DNA of 64,000 nt from an uncultured Candidatus Rokubacteria bacterium (GCA_963762145.1 CAVXJS010000009.1:448001-512000); one strand, 5' to 3'; counted from the stretch's first letter, positions 1 through 11,534 are shown. Program-made: numbers and translations. Notes: generated from the letters alone by a model not told the origin.

Positions 1-1096
1 CGGCCTCGATCAGCTGGACCCGCCGGCCGCGGTGGGCAGAGCGCGGGATCGGCTGGAGATCGTACTTGAGCGCCTCCAGGTGCACGATGTAGAAGAGCGC
101 CACGTACGAGATGATGGCGGGCAGCGCGGCGTGCTTGACGATGTCGCTGTACGGGATGCCCACGTACTCGACCATGAGGAACGCGGCCGCCCCCATCACC
201 GGCGGCATGATCTGGCCGTTGATCGAGGAGGTCGCCTCGATGGCCCCGGCCTTCACGCCGGAATAGCCGGTGCGCTTCATCATCGGGATCGTGAAGATCC
301 CGCCCGAGACCACGTTGGACACCGAGGAGCCGGACACCAGCCCGTTGAGCGCGGAGGACACCACCGCCACCTTGGCCGGGCCGCCCCGCAGGTGGCCGAG
401 GAAGGCCACCGAGATCTGCATCATGTAGTTGCCCGCCCCCGCGATGTCGAGCAGGGTGCCGAAGAGCACGAACAGGAAGATGAACTGCACCGACACGCCG
501 AGCGCGACTCCGTACACGCCCTCGGTGGTCAGCCACATGTGCGAGACCAGGCGCTGCACGCTGGCGCCCTTGTGCTGGATCACCTCCGGCATGTAGGGAC
601 CGGAGAAGACGTAGAGGAGGAAGACGCCGGTGGTGATCAGCATCCCCATGCCCATGGCCCGGCGGGTCGCCTCGAGCATGATCGCGATCCCGGCGATGCC
701 CACCGCGAGGTCGAGCTGCGTCGGCGTGCCCGGCCGCTGGGCCAGCTCGGCGTAGAACAGATACAGATACGAGCCGCAGAAGGCCCCGACCACCGCCAGC
801 GCCCAGTCGGCCGCCGGCACCCGCCGGCGCGACGACGAGCGGAAGGCGGGAAACACCAGGAAGGCGAGGAAGATCGCGATCGCCAGGTGGATGGCGCGCG
901 CCTCGGTGTCGTTGAACAGGCCGACGCGCAGGATGAACGGCAGCGGCGAGGCGTACCAGACCTGGAACAGTGACCAGCCGCCCGCGATCAGGGAAAGGAA
1001 GAGGCCGACCCGGCCGCCGGGCTCCCGGCCACCGAGGTCGGCCTCCTTGACGAGCTGCTCGAGTTGCTCGCTGCTGAACGGCTTCTGCTGCTCCAC
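1..1096 (-). CDS. TRAP transporter fused permease (4TM/12TM, TAXI type), 3'-truncated by window edge
   Basis: Minus-strand reading from GTG 1096 gives VEQQKPFSSEQLEQLVKEADLGGR... and later SGSSVSNVVSGGIFTIPMMKRTGY and GQIMPPVMGAAAFLMVEY, which are hallmark motifs. Directly downstream of the TAXI binding protein. Confidence 0.92.
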   Translation of the reverse strand, partial: MEQQKPFSSEQLEQLVKEADLGGREPGGRVGLFLSLIAGGWSLFQVWYASPLPFILRVGLFNDTEARAIHLAIAIFLAFLVFPAFRSSSRRRVPAADWALAVVGAFCGSYLYLFYAELAQRPGTPTQLDLAVGIAGIAIMLEATRRAMGMGMLITTGVFLLYVFSGPYMPEVIQHKGASVQRLVSHMWLTTEGVYGVALGVSVQFIFLFVLFGTLLDIAGAGNYMMQISVAFLGHLRGGPAKVAVVSSALNGLVSGSSVSNVVSGGIFTIPMMKRTGYSGVKAGAIEATSSINGQIMPPVMGAAAFLMVEYVGIPYSDIVKHAALPAIISYVALFYIVHLEALKYDLQPIPRSAHRGRRVQLIEA

Positions 1097-1110
1097 CGAG
1101 CCGCCGTCCG

Positions 1111-2085
1111 CTACTTGATCCAGCCCTTCTCCTTGTAGTAGCGGGCCGCGCCGTCGTGCAGCGGCGCGGAGAGGCCGTCCTTCACCATCGCCTCGGGCTT
1201 GAGCACCGCCAGGGCGGGATGGAGCTTCTTGAACTCGTCGAAGTTGTCGAAGACCGCCTTCACCACCGCGTAGATGGTGTCGGCCGGCACCTTGGACGAC
1301 GAGACGAAGGTGGCGAGGACGCCGTAGGTCTTCGTCTCCTGGGGGTTGGCCGGGTAGAGGCCGCCCGGGATGGTCGCGTAGGCGTAGTACGGCTTCTCCT
1401 TGACCAGCTTGTCGACCGCGGGTCCCGTGAGCGACACCAGCTTGGCCCCGCAGGTCGTGGTCGGGTCCTGGATGTTGGCGGAGGGGTGACCCACCGCGTA
1501 GAAGAACCCGTCGATCTTGCCGTCGCAGAGGGCGGGACCGTGCTCGTCGGCCTTGAGCTCGGAGGCGAGCCCGAAGAAGCTCATGCTGGCGCTCATCGCG
1601 CCCAGCAGCTCCTCCATCGAGGCGCGCGTGCCCGAGCCCGGGTTCCCCACGTTGAAGCGCTTGCCCTTGAAATCGGCGAAGCCCCGGGCGTCCGCTTCCT
1701 TGCGGGCCAGCACCGTGAACGGCTCGGGGTGCAGCGAGAAGACCGCCCGCATCTCGCTGAAGGCGCCGTCCTTGAACTGGTTGAGGCCGTTGGCCGCGTT
1801 GAAGTGCACGTCGGACTGGGCGACGCCCATGTCCAGCTCGCCCGCCTTGATGGTGTTGATGTTGAAAACGGACCCGCCGGTCGACTCGACCGAGCAACGG
1901 ATGCCGTGGGTCTTGCGGTCCTTGTTGACCAGCCGGCAGATCGCGCCGCCCGCCGCGTAGTAGACGCCGGTGACGCCGCCGGTGCCGATCGTGATGAAGC
2001 GCTGCTGGGCCGCGACCGGATCCGGGGCGCTCAGGACGCCGCTCAGGGCAAACGCCAGCAAGGTGATGAGGAAACGTGCCGCCAT
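1111..2085 (-). CDS. TAXI family TRAP transporter solute-binding subunit
   Basis: Signal peptide; [27 protein letters not shown] and C-terminal [12 protein letters not shown] motifs; AGAGGAGG RBS. Confidence 0.95.
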   Translation of the reverse strand: MAARFLITLLAFALSGVLSAPDPVAAQQRFITIGTGGVTGVYYAAGGAICRLVNKDRKTHGIRCSVESTGGSVFNINTIKAGELDMGVAQSDVHFNAANGLNQFKDGAFSEMRAVFSLHPEPFTVLARKEADARGFADFKGKRFNVGNPGSGTRASMEELLGAMSASMSFFGLASELKADEHGPALCDGKIDGFFYAVGHPSANIQDPTTTCGAKLVSLTGPAVDKLVKEKPYYAYATIPGGLYPANPQETKTYGVLATFVSSSKVPADTIYAVVKAVFDNFDEFKKLHPALAVLKPEAMVKDGLSAPLHDGAARYYKEKGWIK

Positions 2086-2175
2086 CGATGGTCCTCCTCT
2101 AGCGGATGTGTGGGACAGTGCGAGTCTAGCAGAGGCGGGGCGCGGCCACAGCGCGCAACAAATGCGTGGAGCGAG

Positions 2176-3033
2176 CTAGCCCTTCACGCTCCCGGCGGTG
2201 AGACCTTCCACCATGTACTTCTGCAGATAGATGTAGGCCGCGATGACCGGCAGGGTCGTCAGCACCGCGCCCGCCATGAGGTAGCCCCAGCCGTAGACGT
2301 CGCCGGTGATGAACGTGGAGAGGCCCACCGGCAGCGTGCGCAGCTTCACGTTGGTGATGAAGACCAGGGCGTAGAGGAACTCGTTCCAGGCCTGGGTGAA
2401 GGCGTAGAGCCCGCTCGCGAGCAGGCCGGGCGCGGCCAGGGGCAGGATCACCCGGCGGAAGGCGCCGAAGCGGGTGGCCCCGTCGATCATCGCGGACTCT
2501 TCCAGCTCCACCGGGATGGACTCGAAGTACCCCATCAGCAGCCAGGTCACGAACGGCACCGTGAAGGACGGGTACGCCGCGATCAGTCCGGTGAGGCTGT
2601 CGGACAGCCCGAGGTTCCGGATCTGCGCGTAGAGCGGGATGAACAGGATCGACGGCGGCACCAGATAGGTGATCAGCACCGTGCTGGCCATGAACGCGCG
2701 GCCCAGGAACTTGAGGCGGGCCAGCGCGTAGGCGCCGAGGGTCCCGATCGCAGTGGCCAGGAACGTGCTCGCCACCGACACGATGATGCTGTTCTTGTAC
2801 CAGCTCACGAACTCGGTCTTGCTGAACAGGTGCTCGTAGTTCTCGGTCGCGAACGGGCTCGGCCAGAACATCGAGACCAGGCTACGCATCTGGGTCTCGC
2901 CCTTGAAGGACGTGACGATCATCCAGTAGAACGGGAAGATCACGAACAGGAGGAACGTGATCAGGATCGCGTATGACAGTGCGGACTGCGTCCGCTCGAT
3001 CTGGACCGTACTGCGGCCCTTCCGGACGATCAC
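2176..3033 (-). CDS. Carbohydrate ABC transporter permease (MalG-like)
   Basis: EAA motif IPVELEESAMIDGAT, C-terminal GLTAGSVKG; GTG start overlaps the upstream TGA. Confidence 0.93.
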   Translation of the reverse strand: MIVRKGRSTVQIERTQSALSYAILITFLLFVIFPFYWMIVTSFKGETQMRSLVSMFWPSPFATENYEHLFSKTEFVSWYKNSIIVSVASTFLATAIGTLGAYALARLKFLGRAFMASTVLITYLVPPSILFIPLYAQIRNLGLSDSLTGLIAAYPSFTVPFVTWLLMGYFESIPVELEESAMIDGATRFGAFRRVILPLAAPGLLASGLYAFTQAWNEFLYALVFITNVKLRTLPVGLSTFITGDVYGWGYLMAGAVLTTLPVIAAYIYLQKYMVEGLTAGSVKG

Positions 3034-3987
3034 CGCGTGCGGCCCTTTCTCATGTAATTGGACAGCACGATGATCACGAAGGCGAGCGGGGGCAGCATGT
3101 AGAGCGCGACCGCGATGGCCTCGCCCAGCCGCTGGGCCCCGAAGGCGATCTCGTAGGTGAGCACCGGCAGGACCATGGTGGCCCCGCCCGGGCCGCCCTT
3201 GGTCAGGATGTAGATGATCGCGAAGTCGTTGAACGTCCAGATAGTCGACAGCAGCACCACGATCATCAGGATGTTCCGGATGCCGGGGATCGTGACGTGG
3301 CGGAAGCGCTGCAGCGGGGTTGCGCCGTCCACCGCCGCCGCCTCGTAGAGCTCGCCCGGGATCGCCTTCATGCCGGCCAGGAAGCTGATGCCGAAGAACG
3401 GGAACCCGCGCCATACGTTGACGCCGATGACCGAGACTCATCGCGGTGCCGGGCTCGCTGAGCCAGCCCACACCCCGGCTCAGGACCCCGAACACGTTGA
3501 CCAGCAGATAGTTCAGCACGCCCAGGCTGTAGTCGTAGATCCACAGGAAGTTGAGCGCGGAGACCACGGTGGGAGCGACCCACGGGATCAGCAGCACGCC
3601 GGTCCAGAAGCTGCGGAACCGGATCTTGGAGGTGAGCACGAGCGCCATGCCCATGCCCAGCACGAGCTTGATGCCCACCGAGGCGAACGTGAAGATGAAG
3701 CTGTTGACGACCGCGCGCTGGAAGAAGCCGTCGTAGGTGAGGCGGACGTAGTTCTCGAGCCCGACGAACACCGGCGGCATGCCCACGTACTTGCGGGTCA
3801 TGCTGAGGTACACCGCGTAGCAGAAGGGGTACGCGACCAGCGCCAGCACCAGCACCACGATGGGCGCCACGAACAGGAAGCCCATCCGGTAGTCCGGCCC
3901 GAGGACACGCCGGAGCGTGACCTCGAGCCGGACGCGCGGCTGGATCAGCGCCGCCTTCTCGCGAAGCTGCGCGGCGGGAGTTGCCAT
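3030..3987 (-). CDS. Carbohydrate ABC transporter permease (MalF-like), frameshift near 3435
   Basis: FVGLENY, LLIPWVAPTVV, then IPGELYEAAAVDGA in a second frame. Confidence 0.9.
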
Positions 3988-4000
3988 GTGACGCTCGACG

Positions 4001-5364
4001 CTAGGCCTTGCCGCGGATCTTGTAGATCTCCTCGATCCGCGCGTGCGCCTCCTTCAGCGCCGCCTCGGGCGAGAGCCCGCCCACCACCACGCGCCCCGCC
4101 ATGTCGGTGAGGATCTTCTGACCCTGCACCTCTGCCGCGGCCGTGGTCATTGGACCGGGATGTCCGAGGTTCACGCTCCGCAGGATGTTCTGCAACATCG
4201 CGTCGAAGTTCGGGTCGGATTTCCAGTACGGGTTGTCCACGCGTCCCTTGTAGACCGGGCCCGCCTGTCCCACCGACACCTGCGAGATACTCGTTGAAGC
4301 GCTTCTCGTCCTCGAGGTAGCGGATCAGATCCTCGGCCAGCTCGGCCCGCTGGCTCTTCTGGAAGACCGCCCAGTTGTAGCAGGAGGAGCCGACGAACGA
4401 TCCCGCGGGGCCGCCGGGCGTCAGCACGCAGAGCGTCTTCGGCGCCAGGTCGTGCTTCTTCGAGACCATCGCGTAGTAGAGGCTGGCCCCGTTGTTGGTG
4501 GTCACGAGCTTGCCTGCCATGTAAGACTCGTTGTTCGACACATCGGTCCAACCCATGACGCCTGGCGGTTGGATGCCGTGCTTCTTGATGGTGTCCACCG
4601 CGAACTGGAGCGCGGCCGTGTTCTGTTTCAGGTTGGACGTGCCCAGCGCGGGCTTGCCATCCTTGTCCCATACACCCCCGCCGTAGTCCCATAGGATGGT
4701 GTCCATGAACCCGTCACCGTCGTCCGATCGATTCAGGGTCTGGCCGAAGCCATACAGATCCTTCGAGGGATCCTGCGCTTTCTTGGCGAACTCGACCACG
4801 TCGGGGTCATAGACCTTGGGCACCTTGAGGCCCTTGGCCTCCATGATGTCCTTGCGAATGAAAAACACGGTGGTCATCGAGTACCGCGCTACACCTAGGA
4901 ACTTGCCGTCCGACTTCATGGCCCGTTCGGCATAGGGCAGCAGGCCACCCTTGCCCGTCGCAATCTCGGTTGCGACCTTGCTCATGTCGCGCAGTGCCGC
5001 CTTGTACCGCAGCGGCCCCCAGATATTCATCTCGCGCGAGGTCGGGTGGGTTCCCCGCTTCGATCGAGGCCACGAACTTCTGCTCGCGATCGCCGAAGGT
5101 CGCCCAGTCCATCTCGACCTCGACGTTCTTCTCCTTCGCCCACGCCTCGATCTGCTTGGCCACCACGTCGTTGCCCGCGGTGACGAAGCTCTTGAACAGC
5201 CAGACCCGTAGCTTGGTCTTCGCCTGCGCCGGGGCCATGCCGCGCAGCGCGTGCAGCCCCGCCGCGGTGCCACCGGTGATGACGGCCGCCTTGCGAAGGA
5301 ACTCGCGGCGGGCGATGAGACCTGCGTCGAGCTGCTCGGCCAGATTCTTGAGGCGAGTGTCCAT
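4001..5364 (-). CDS. ABC transporter extracellular solute-binding protein with Tat signal, frameshifts near 5040 and 4285
   Basis: ARREFLRK twin-arginine leader and AQA cleavage site; IEAGNPPD, VFFIRKD; three frames join into one SBP; AGGAGG RBS. Confidence 0.88.
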
Positions 5365-5418
5365 GAGGGGGGCTCCTCCTTTGGAGCGCGTGGGGCAGGT
5401 CCGGGAATGGCCCGAATG

Positions 5419-7743
5419 TTAACCCGGCGCCGATCCGCGGGCAAGCAAACCGTTCGCGGCGCGCGCGATGGCGGCCGCGTCCACGCCGTAGTGGCGATAG
5501 AGATCGCCGCGCGAGCCGGACTGGCCGAAGTGATCCACGCCGAGCGGGATCTGCGGCACGCCGAGCGCGCCGCCGAGGAATGCCAAGCGCGTGGGAGTGG
5601 CCGTCGAGCACCGACACCACCGGCACCCCTTCCTCCTCCGCCGACACGAGATCGAGTACGTATGGGCCCGTAGTCCGGAGCCCTCGGTGCAGCAGATCGG
5701 GGCTGGTGACCACGAACACGTTCGCGTGCACCCCGTCCGCGGCGAGCGCCCGGCTCGCCGCGACCGCTTCGGGCACCATCACGCCGGCCGCGAAGATGTG
5801 CACGGCGTCGCCTTCCGGGTCGTAGCCCGGCCGCTCCCGCGCGTCGATCAGGCGGTAGCCGCCCCGGAGCACCGCGTCACGGTACGCGGCGAGGGCGCGG
5901 GGGCGAGGGCCTGGTCGATGGGCTTGGTAGACAGCCGCAGGTAGAGGCTCTCGGCGTCTCCCCGCCGCACGAGACCGCGCAGTCCCTCGAGCAGGATCCA
6001 CTCGACCTCCGGCGCGAACGCGGGCTCGTAGTAGGTGATGGCGGGCAGCGCGATGCCGATACCCGGGGTGATCACCGACTGGTGCGCGCCACCCTCGGGC
6101 GAGAGGCTCACCCCCGACGGCGTCGCGGCCACGATGAAGCGCCCGCCCGCGTAGAGGGCGTGGTAGAGCGCGTCGAGCCCGCGCGTGACGAACGGATCGT
6201 AGAGCGTGCCGATCGGCAGCAGCGTCGTCCCGGACAGCTCGTGCGTGAGGCCGAAAGCACCCAGCGCGAGGAAGAGGTTGTGCTCGGCGATGCCGAGCTC
6301 GATGTGCTGGCCCGCGGGCGACTCCTTCCACTGCACCGCCTGCGGCCCCTCCGCGGTGAAGCCGGGCTTGGCGCGCGGGAAGTACACGCCCTTGCGATTG
6401 ATCCATCCCGCCAGATGCGTGGTCACCGACACGTCGGCGGAAAAGGTGACGACGCGGTCGCCGACGGGCAGGCGGCTCAGCCGGCCGAGGATGCGCCCGA
6501 ACGCCTCCTGCGTCGAGCTCTGGGCGGGATACGATTCCTCCAGCGCGTCCGGCACGTCGAGCGCCGCGTCGGGCTCTGGCGCCGGCGGCGCGTACGGCGC
6601 GGGCGCCCGGCGGATCAGGGCGGCCTCGGCGCTGGCCGGCGCGAACCCGGCCCATTCCTCGCCGGGCGCGAGGCCCAGCGTGGCGCGCATCTCGTCGAGC
6701 TGGCCCTGAGTGGCCAGGGCGCTGTGGTTCATGGGATCGCCGCCGAAAGGATAGCCCCAGCCCTTGATCGTGTCGGCCAGGATCACGCAGGGCCCGCTCC
6801 GCTTCCGGCCCGCTTCCTCGTAGGCTTCGAGGATCGACGCGAGATCGTGCCCGCCCACGTCGGCCACGAGCGCGCCGACCGCCTCGTCCGTGAGATCGCC
6901 GAGCAGCCGGTCCATCGCCGGGTCCGTCTCCCCCGTCGCGGTCGCGATCACCGCCTTGCGCGCGCCCGCGGGCGGCAGCCGCAGGAGCGACTGGTACTCC
7001 GCGTTGCCCATGCCCTCGAGGCGCGCGCGCAGCCGCTCGCCCCCCGGCCGTCCGAAGAGCGCGCGGAGACGTGATCCCCAGCGCAGCTCGATGACGTGCC
7101 AGCCCGCGCCGCGGAACCACTCGCGCAGCTGGCCCCGGCGCGCGTCGGGCACGATGCGATCGAGGCTCTGGCGGTTGAAGTCCACGACCCACATCAGATT
7201 ATCGAGCTCGCGCACCGCCTCTTCCAGGAGCGCCTCCCACACGTTGCCCTCGTCGAGCTCGGCGTCTCCCATCATGGCGATGAAGCGGCCGGGCATCGGC
7301 CGGGCACCGCGGTGCTGGCTCACATAGCGCGCCGCGAGGGCCCCGAAGGCCGCGCTCACCGCGCCCAGGCCCATGGAGCCGGTGGAGAGATCCACGATCT
7401 CGGGATTCTTGCGCCGGCTCGGATAGGCCTGCAGCCCTCCGAGCGTGCGCAGGCCACGGAGCTGATCGGCGGTGAGGCGCCCGCGCAGATACTCGATGGC
7501 GTACAAGACGGGAGAGGCGTGCGCCTTGGTGGCCACGATGTCGCCGGGCCGCAGCGCGTGGAAGTAGAGCGCGGTCATGAGCGAGACCACCGAGGACGCC
7601 GAGGCCTGATGGCCCCCGACCTTGGTCCCGTCCGGGTTCGGCCGGGTATTGGCGTGATGCACCAGCTGGGCGCTCAACCAGAGGACGCGCTTCTGGACGG
7701 ACTCGAGCTGGGCCAGGGGGACGGCGGCGGCGCGTGGGGCCAT
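5419..7743 (-). CDS. Transketolase-like TPP enzyme (pyruvate dehydrogenase E1 AceE-like), frameshifts near 5895 and 5580
   Basis: KVGGHQASASS, STGSMGLG, TPP motif GDAELDEG...NRQSLD, HIELGIAE, EGGAHQS; C-terminal LGVDHFGQSG ending TAA at 5419. Confidence 0.88.
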
Positions 7744-7956
7744 CGGCGCCCACCACCTTACCCCACGGAAGCCGCCCGAGGCCAGAGGGGCCGACCTGGT
7801 GTCAGCCGGTCGACGGCGGGGCGGTCTTACCTGGTAGTTTCTTCGGCAGGCACCGGCGGGCGGCGCCGCCCGTCCGCGAATCGCCTACTTACACCCCATG
7901 GCCCATGGCACAGCGCTTGCCTTTTCTCTCCTCGAGCGATGTCGCATCGGGGAGGC

Positions 7957-8181
7957 ATGATCATGAACACAGGGATCAGGCGGCCCGTTCTGGTAGTGGC
8001 CATTCTCCTGGCTGCCTCGGGATACGCGGCGACCAAGGAGTGGGAGTGGCAGGCAGACGCGGATACCCTGCCCCTCCTGCACGTCTCGCAGATCGACCGG
8101 GGCGCCGCCGGCGGCCCGCGCGATGCGGGCTGGCGGACCGACGCGCTGACGGTGCAGCCCGAGCAGATCTTCCAGGACTGA
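7957..8181 (+). CDS. Small hypothetical secreted protein (74 aa)
   Basis: GGAGG RBS then ATG; signal-peptide-like RRPVLVVAILLAASGYAA; fills the intergenic gap. Confidence 0.55.
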   Translation: MIMNTGIRRPVLVVAILLAASGYAATKEWEWQADADTLPLLHVSQIDRGAAGGPRDAGWRTDALTVQPEQIFQD

Positions 8182-8205
8182 TCGTCCAGGACTGCCCGGG
8201 CAAGC

Positions 8206-9819
8206 CTACCGGGTCTCGGCGCGGAAGCGAAACGTCGCGCTCACCGGCAGCGACGGCGCCGGGATCTGCGCCGGCAGCGCCGCGAACGGCTGAGCCAGCC
8301 GCACCGCGCTCATCACGTAGCGGTCGAGCAGCTCCGACCCGGAGGAGCGCCGCAGCGTCGCGCATTCGAGACGGCCCTCGCGACCGATCCGGAACTCCAC
8401 CTGGATATCGCCTCCGACTCCGCCCTCTCCGGCCCCGCGCGGGTACACCATGTGAGCGCGCACGCGCTCGCGGACCCGGGTGACGTAGCCGCGATGCGGC
8501 GGGTCGGGATTGTCCAGATCCACCGTCCCGCCGGCCACCTCCGCGCAGGCCGGCGGCAGCGGAGGCGCCGAGGGCAGCTTCAGGGTGAGCTGCTGCCAGA
8601 GGGCGGGCGCCACGTCCTCGCCGCGGTCGTGCGCCTGCTCGGCCGCGCCCCAGGCCTCGACGGGCCGGCCGAGCCGCTCGAGCAGCTCGGCGAGCCGCAG
8701 GTACGCGGGCCCATACGAGGGATCCACCTGGATCGCGTTCTGGAACGCGGTGATCGCCTCCCCGGTCCGCTCGCGCTTCGCCAGGATCATGCCGATTCCG
8801 ACGTACGCGCGGGGAGCGCGACGGTCGATCCGCAAGACGTCGCGGAGCTCGACGAGGGCTTCCTCCTCGCGCCCGAGGCGGAGCAGGACGAACCCGAGCT
8901 CGGTCCGGGCCTCGGTCTCGCGGAAGTTGATCTTCTTGGCCGCGTCCAGCTCGCGGGCCGCATCCTCCAGCCGGCCCTGGCGCAGGAGCAGGAGGCCCAG
9001 CAGCGTGCGGGGGCGCGCCGCGGTCGGGTCGATCGCGATCGCCTCGCGCACCAGGGCCACGCCCTCGTCCACGCGGCCGATCCGCCCCAGCTCGACGCCC
9101 GCGCCCGACAGCGCGCTGGCCAGCGGGTTCGGATCCCCTCGCCGATGTCCCTCCGCGTGGATGGCGCTCCAGGCGCGGCGCGCGTCCGGATCGAGGCCGA
9201 GAACGCCGCGCGTGAAGTCGTAGCCGCGCATGAGCCGGATCACCCGCGCGGACTGGTCGTCGAAGCGATTGGCGGGCCCGCCGGTCATCACGGTATCGGA
9301 GCGCCCCACCGACGGATGGAACGCGCCGAAGAGGTGCGCGATCTCGTGCGAGAGCACCGCCTCCGGCGCGGTGTTGGCGAGCACGGCGGTGTCGAGGCAG
9401 CCGGTCTGCACCATCGCGTACCGGCCGAAGGTCAGCGCGAAGCCGTACTCGAGCTTCTCGCATCGCTCCGCCGCGAACAGCACGAGCACGTCGGCGGCGC
9501 CCGGCCCCACCTCCCCGCGCACGCGGGCCAGGATGCGGGGAACCGGCGCCGCCGGGCCGATGGTCCACGGCACCACGTCGCGGATCGTCAGACGGATCTG
9601 GAACTGGCGCTCGTAGATGTCGGAGACCGTCTGGACGGTCCGCCGGAGCGCGGCCTCCCAGCCCGGCTGGGCGCGGTACATCTCGTCGGCGACCGCGCGC
9701 AGCGTGACGATCCGGATCTCGGACAGCGAAGCGGGCTGGGCGCGGGCCGGGGGAGCGAGGCACCCGACCAGCGCGGTAAAGGCCACCAGGAACCCGAGCA
9801 CCGGGACCTGTTTGGCCAT
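8206..9819 (-). CDS. Secreted zincin metallopeptidase + TPR repeats + TonB C-terminal domain protein
   Basis: Signal peptide; HEIAHLFGAFH with a downstream Met (DTVMT); TPR helices; C-terminal YP..GVGGDIQVEFRIGREG..RSSGSELLD..AVRLAQPF TonB_C signature. Confidence 0.8.
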   Translation of the reverse strand: MAKQVPVLGFLVAFTALVGCLAPPARAQPASLSEIRIVTLRAVADEMYRAQPGWEAALRRTVQTVSDIYERQFQIRLTIRDVVPWTIGPAAPVPRILARVRGEVGPGAADVLVLFAAERCEKLEYGFALTFGRYAMVQTGCLDTAVLANTAPEAVLSHEIAHLFGAFHPSVGRSDTVMTGGPANRFDDQSARVIRLMRGYDFTRGVLGLDPDARRAWSAIHAEGHRRGDPNPLASALSGAGVELGRIGRVDEGVALVREAIAIDPTAARPRTLLGLLLLRQGRLEDAARELDAAKKINFRETEARTELGFVLLRLGREEEALVELRDVLRIDRRAPRAYVGIGMILAKRERTGEAITAFQNAIQVDPSYGPAYLRLAELLERLGRPVEAWGAAEQAHDRGEDVAPALWQQLTLKLPSAPPLPPACAEVAGGTVDLDNPDPPHRGYVTRVRERVRAHMVYPRGAGEGGVGGDIQVEFRIGREGRLECATLRRSSGSELLDRYVMSAVRLAQPFAALPAQIPAPSLPVSATFRFRAETR

Positions 9820-9824
9820 GCGTG

Positions 9825-10460
9825 TCAGGCGAAAGGATCGTCTCCGGGATCTTCGCGCCAGACGTACTCCATGAACCGCGCGGACTGCCGGGCCATGTCG
9901 GTGCCCTGCAGCCGCGCCACCACCGACAAGGCCATGTCGATGCCCGCGGAGACCCCGGACGAGGTGACGAGATCGCCGTCGTCCACCCAGCGCGCCTGAC
10001 GCTGCCACTTCACGCGCGGGCCCTGCTGCACCACCCAGTCCCACGCCACCTTGTTGGAGGTCGCCGGCCGTCCGTCCATGAGGCCGGTGCGCGCCAGCAG
10101 CGCCGAGCCGGTGCACACGGTGGTGGTCACGGCGGCGCGGCGGCTGGCCGCGGTGAGGGCCAGGAGCAGCGGGGCGTTGTTGACCGCCTGGCGGGTGCCG
10201 AAGCCGCCCGGCACGAGCAGCACGTCGTAGGCGGGCGCGTCCGCGAAGGCGTGGTCCGCGTGCGTTGTCGGCCCCTCGCCGCTCTTGATCGGGCCGGCCT
10301 TCTCGGCCACCGTCACGATCTCGAAAAGCCGCTGGACCGAGCCGTCGGGACGGGTCGAGCGGGCGGAGGCGAAGGCCTGCACCGGGCCGTAGACGTCGAG
10401 GACCGTGAAGCCCTCGAAGAGGACCACCGCGACCCGGCGGACCGAGGGCGTGTCGGCCAT
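9825..10460 (-). CDS. DJ-1/PfpI family protein
   Basis: VAVVLFEGFTVLDVYGP, LLVPGGFG, VCTGS nucleophile, TSSGVSAGID. Confidence 0.92.
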   Translation of the reverse strand: MADTPSVRRVAVVLFEGFTVLDVYGPVQAFASARSTRPDGSVQRLFEIVTVAEKAGPIKSGEGPTTHADHAFADAPAYDVLLVPGGFGTRQAVNNAPLLLALTAASRRAAVTTTVCTGSALLARTGLMDGRPATSNKVAWDWVVQQGPRVKWQRQARWVDDGDLVTSSGVSAGIDMALSVVARLQGTDMARQSARFMEYVWREDPGDDPFA

Positions 10461-10495
10461 GGTGAGGGAGACTATAGCACCCCTCACGGTCACCA

Positions 10496-10531
10496 CCCCT
10501 CACCCTGCCCTCTCCCCTGAGGGGAGAGGGG
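10496..10531. repeat. CCCTCACCC-type REP-like palindromic element
   Basis: CCCCTCACCCTG-CCCTCTCCCC-TGA-GGGGAGAGGG hairpin; same family occurs at 36822-36901. Confidence 0.8.
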
Positions 10532-10597
10532 AATGAGGAGGAGAAGCCCTTTGAGGCTCATTGAGTTCGTTGACAAGGTGGCCGGGCGCGGGACACC

Positions 10598-11275
10598 ATG
10601 AACGCCATGCGCGTGGTGGACCTGAGCTTCCCGATCGGCCCGCACTTCCGCTGGACGGTGGCGAGCGAGCGGCGGTCGACCCACGAGGCGGGGGCGAACT
10701 TCCAGTCCACCGTCCTCACCGTGAGCTGCCACGCCTATACCCACGTGGACGCGCCGGTGCACTTCCTGCCCGGCGATCGCGACATCGCCTCGATGCCGGT
10801 GGACCAGTGGATGGGCCCCGCCGCGGTGGTGGACCTCACCCACCTGGGCGAGAACGCGGAGGTGACCGGGGCCGATCTCGAGCGGCGCGCAGGCCACGTC
10901 CAGGCGGGCGACATCGTGCTGCTGCGCACCGACTGGCCGCGCAAGTGCCCGGTGGCGAGCGAGCGCTTCTGGAAGGACGCGCCCTACACCGGGTCCAGCG
11001 CCTGCGAGTGGCTCGTGGCGCGCGGGGCGAAGGCGGTGGGTTACGACTATCCGCCCGACTACTGCATCCGCACCTCGATCTTCTCGCCGGGCACGAAGAT
11101 CACGCGTGAGGAGTGCACCACGCACCACATCTTCTTCCCCAAGGGCATCACGGTGATCGAGTACCTGACCAACCTCGACCAGATCGGCGCGGCGCGCTGC
11201 CGGGTCATCGCGCTGCCGCTCCGGGTGACGGGCGCCGACGGCTCGCCGGTGCGCGCGATCGCCCTGGTGGACTGA
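10598..11275 (+). CDS. Cyclase family protein (kynurenine formamidase-like)
   Basis: HAYTHVDAPVHF metal motif, GDIVLLRT, VIEYLTNL, GADGSPVRAIA. Confidence 0.92.
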   Translation: MNAMRVVDLSFPIGPHFRWTVASERRSTHEAGANFQSTVLTVSCHAYTHVDAPVHFLPGDRDIASMPVDQWMGPAAVVDLTHLGENAEVTGADLERRAGHVQAGDIVLLRTDWPRKCPVASERFWKDAPYTGSSACEWLVARGAKAVGYDYPPDYCIRTSIFSPGTKITREECTTHHIFFPKGITVIEYLTNLDQIGAARCRVIALPLRVTGADGSPVRAIALVD

Positions 11276-11285
11276 AAGGCTCGCC

Positions 11286-11534
11286 ATGGACGTGACGAAG
11301 GCCCTGGTCAAGCGGGTCGCGGTGTGGACGGTGCTGGGCGTCGTGGGGGGCGGCGTGGCCGCCGATCTACTCTGGCGCCAGAAGGGCGGCCAGGAGCAGG
11401 CCAACCTGCGCGCGCAGCAGACCGAGGAGCTCCAGCGGCTGGAGGGTCAGCTCAAGACGCTGACCGACCAGCTCGCCGCCGAGCGCCTTCGCCGGGAAGC
11501 CCTGGAGCGCTCGCTGAGCGAAGGCCGCAAGTAG
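11286..11534 (+). CDS. Small membrane-anchored coiled-coil hypothetical protein
   Basis: One hydrophobic segment followed by a heptad-like Q/E/L-rich tail; operonic spacing. Confidence 0.65.
   Translation: MDVTKALVKRVAVWTVLGVVGGGVAADLLWRQKGGQEQANLRAQQTEELQRLEGQLKTLTDQLAAERLRREALERSLSEGRK

Noticed and set aside
2176-3987. 603-aa apparent double-permease fusion
   Set aside because: Artefact of a frameshift near 3435; two normal permeases overlap at GTGA.
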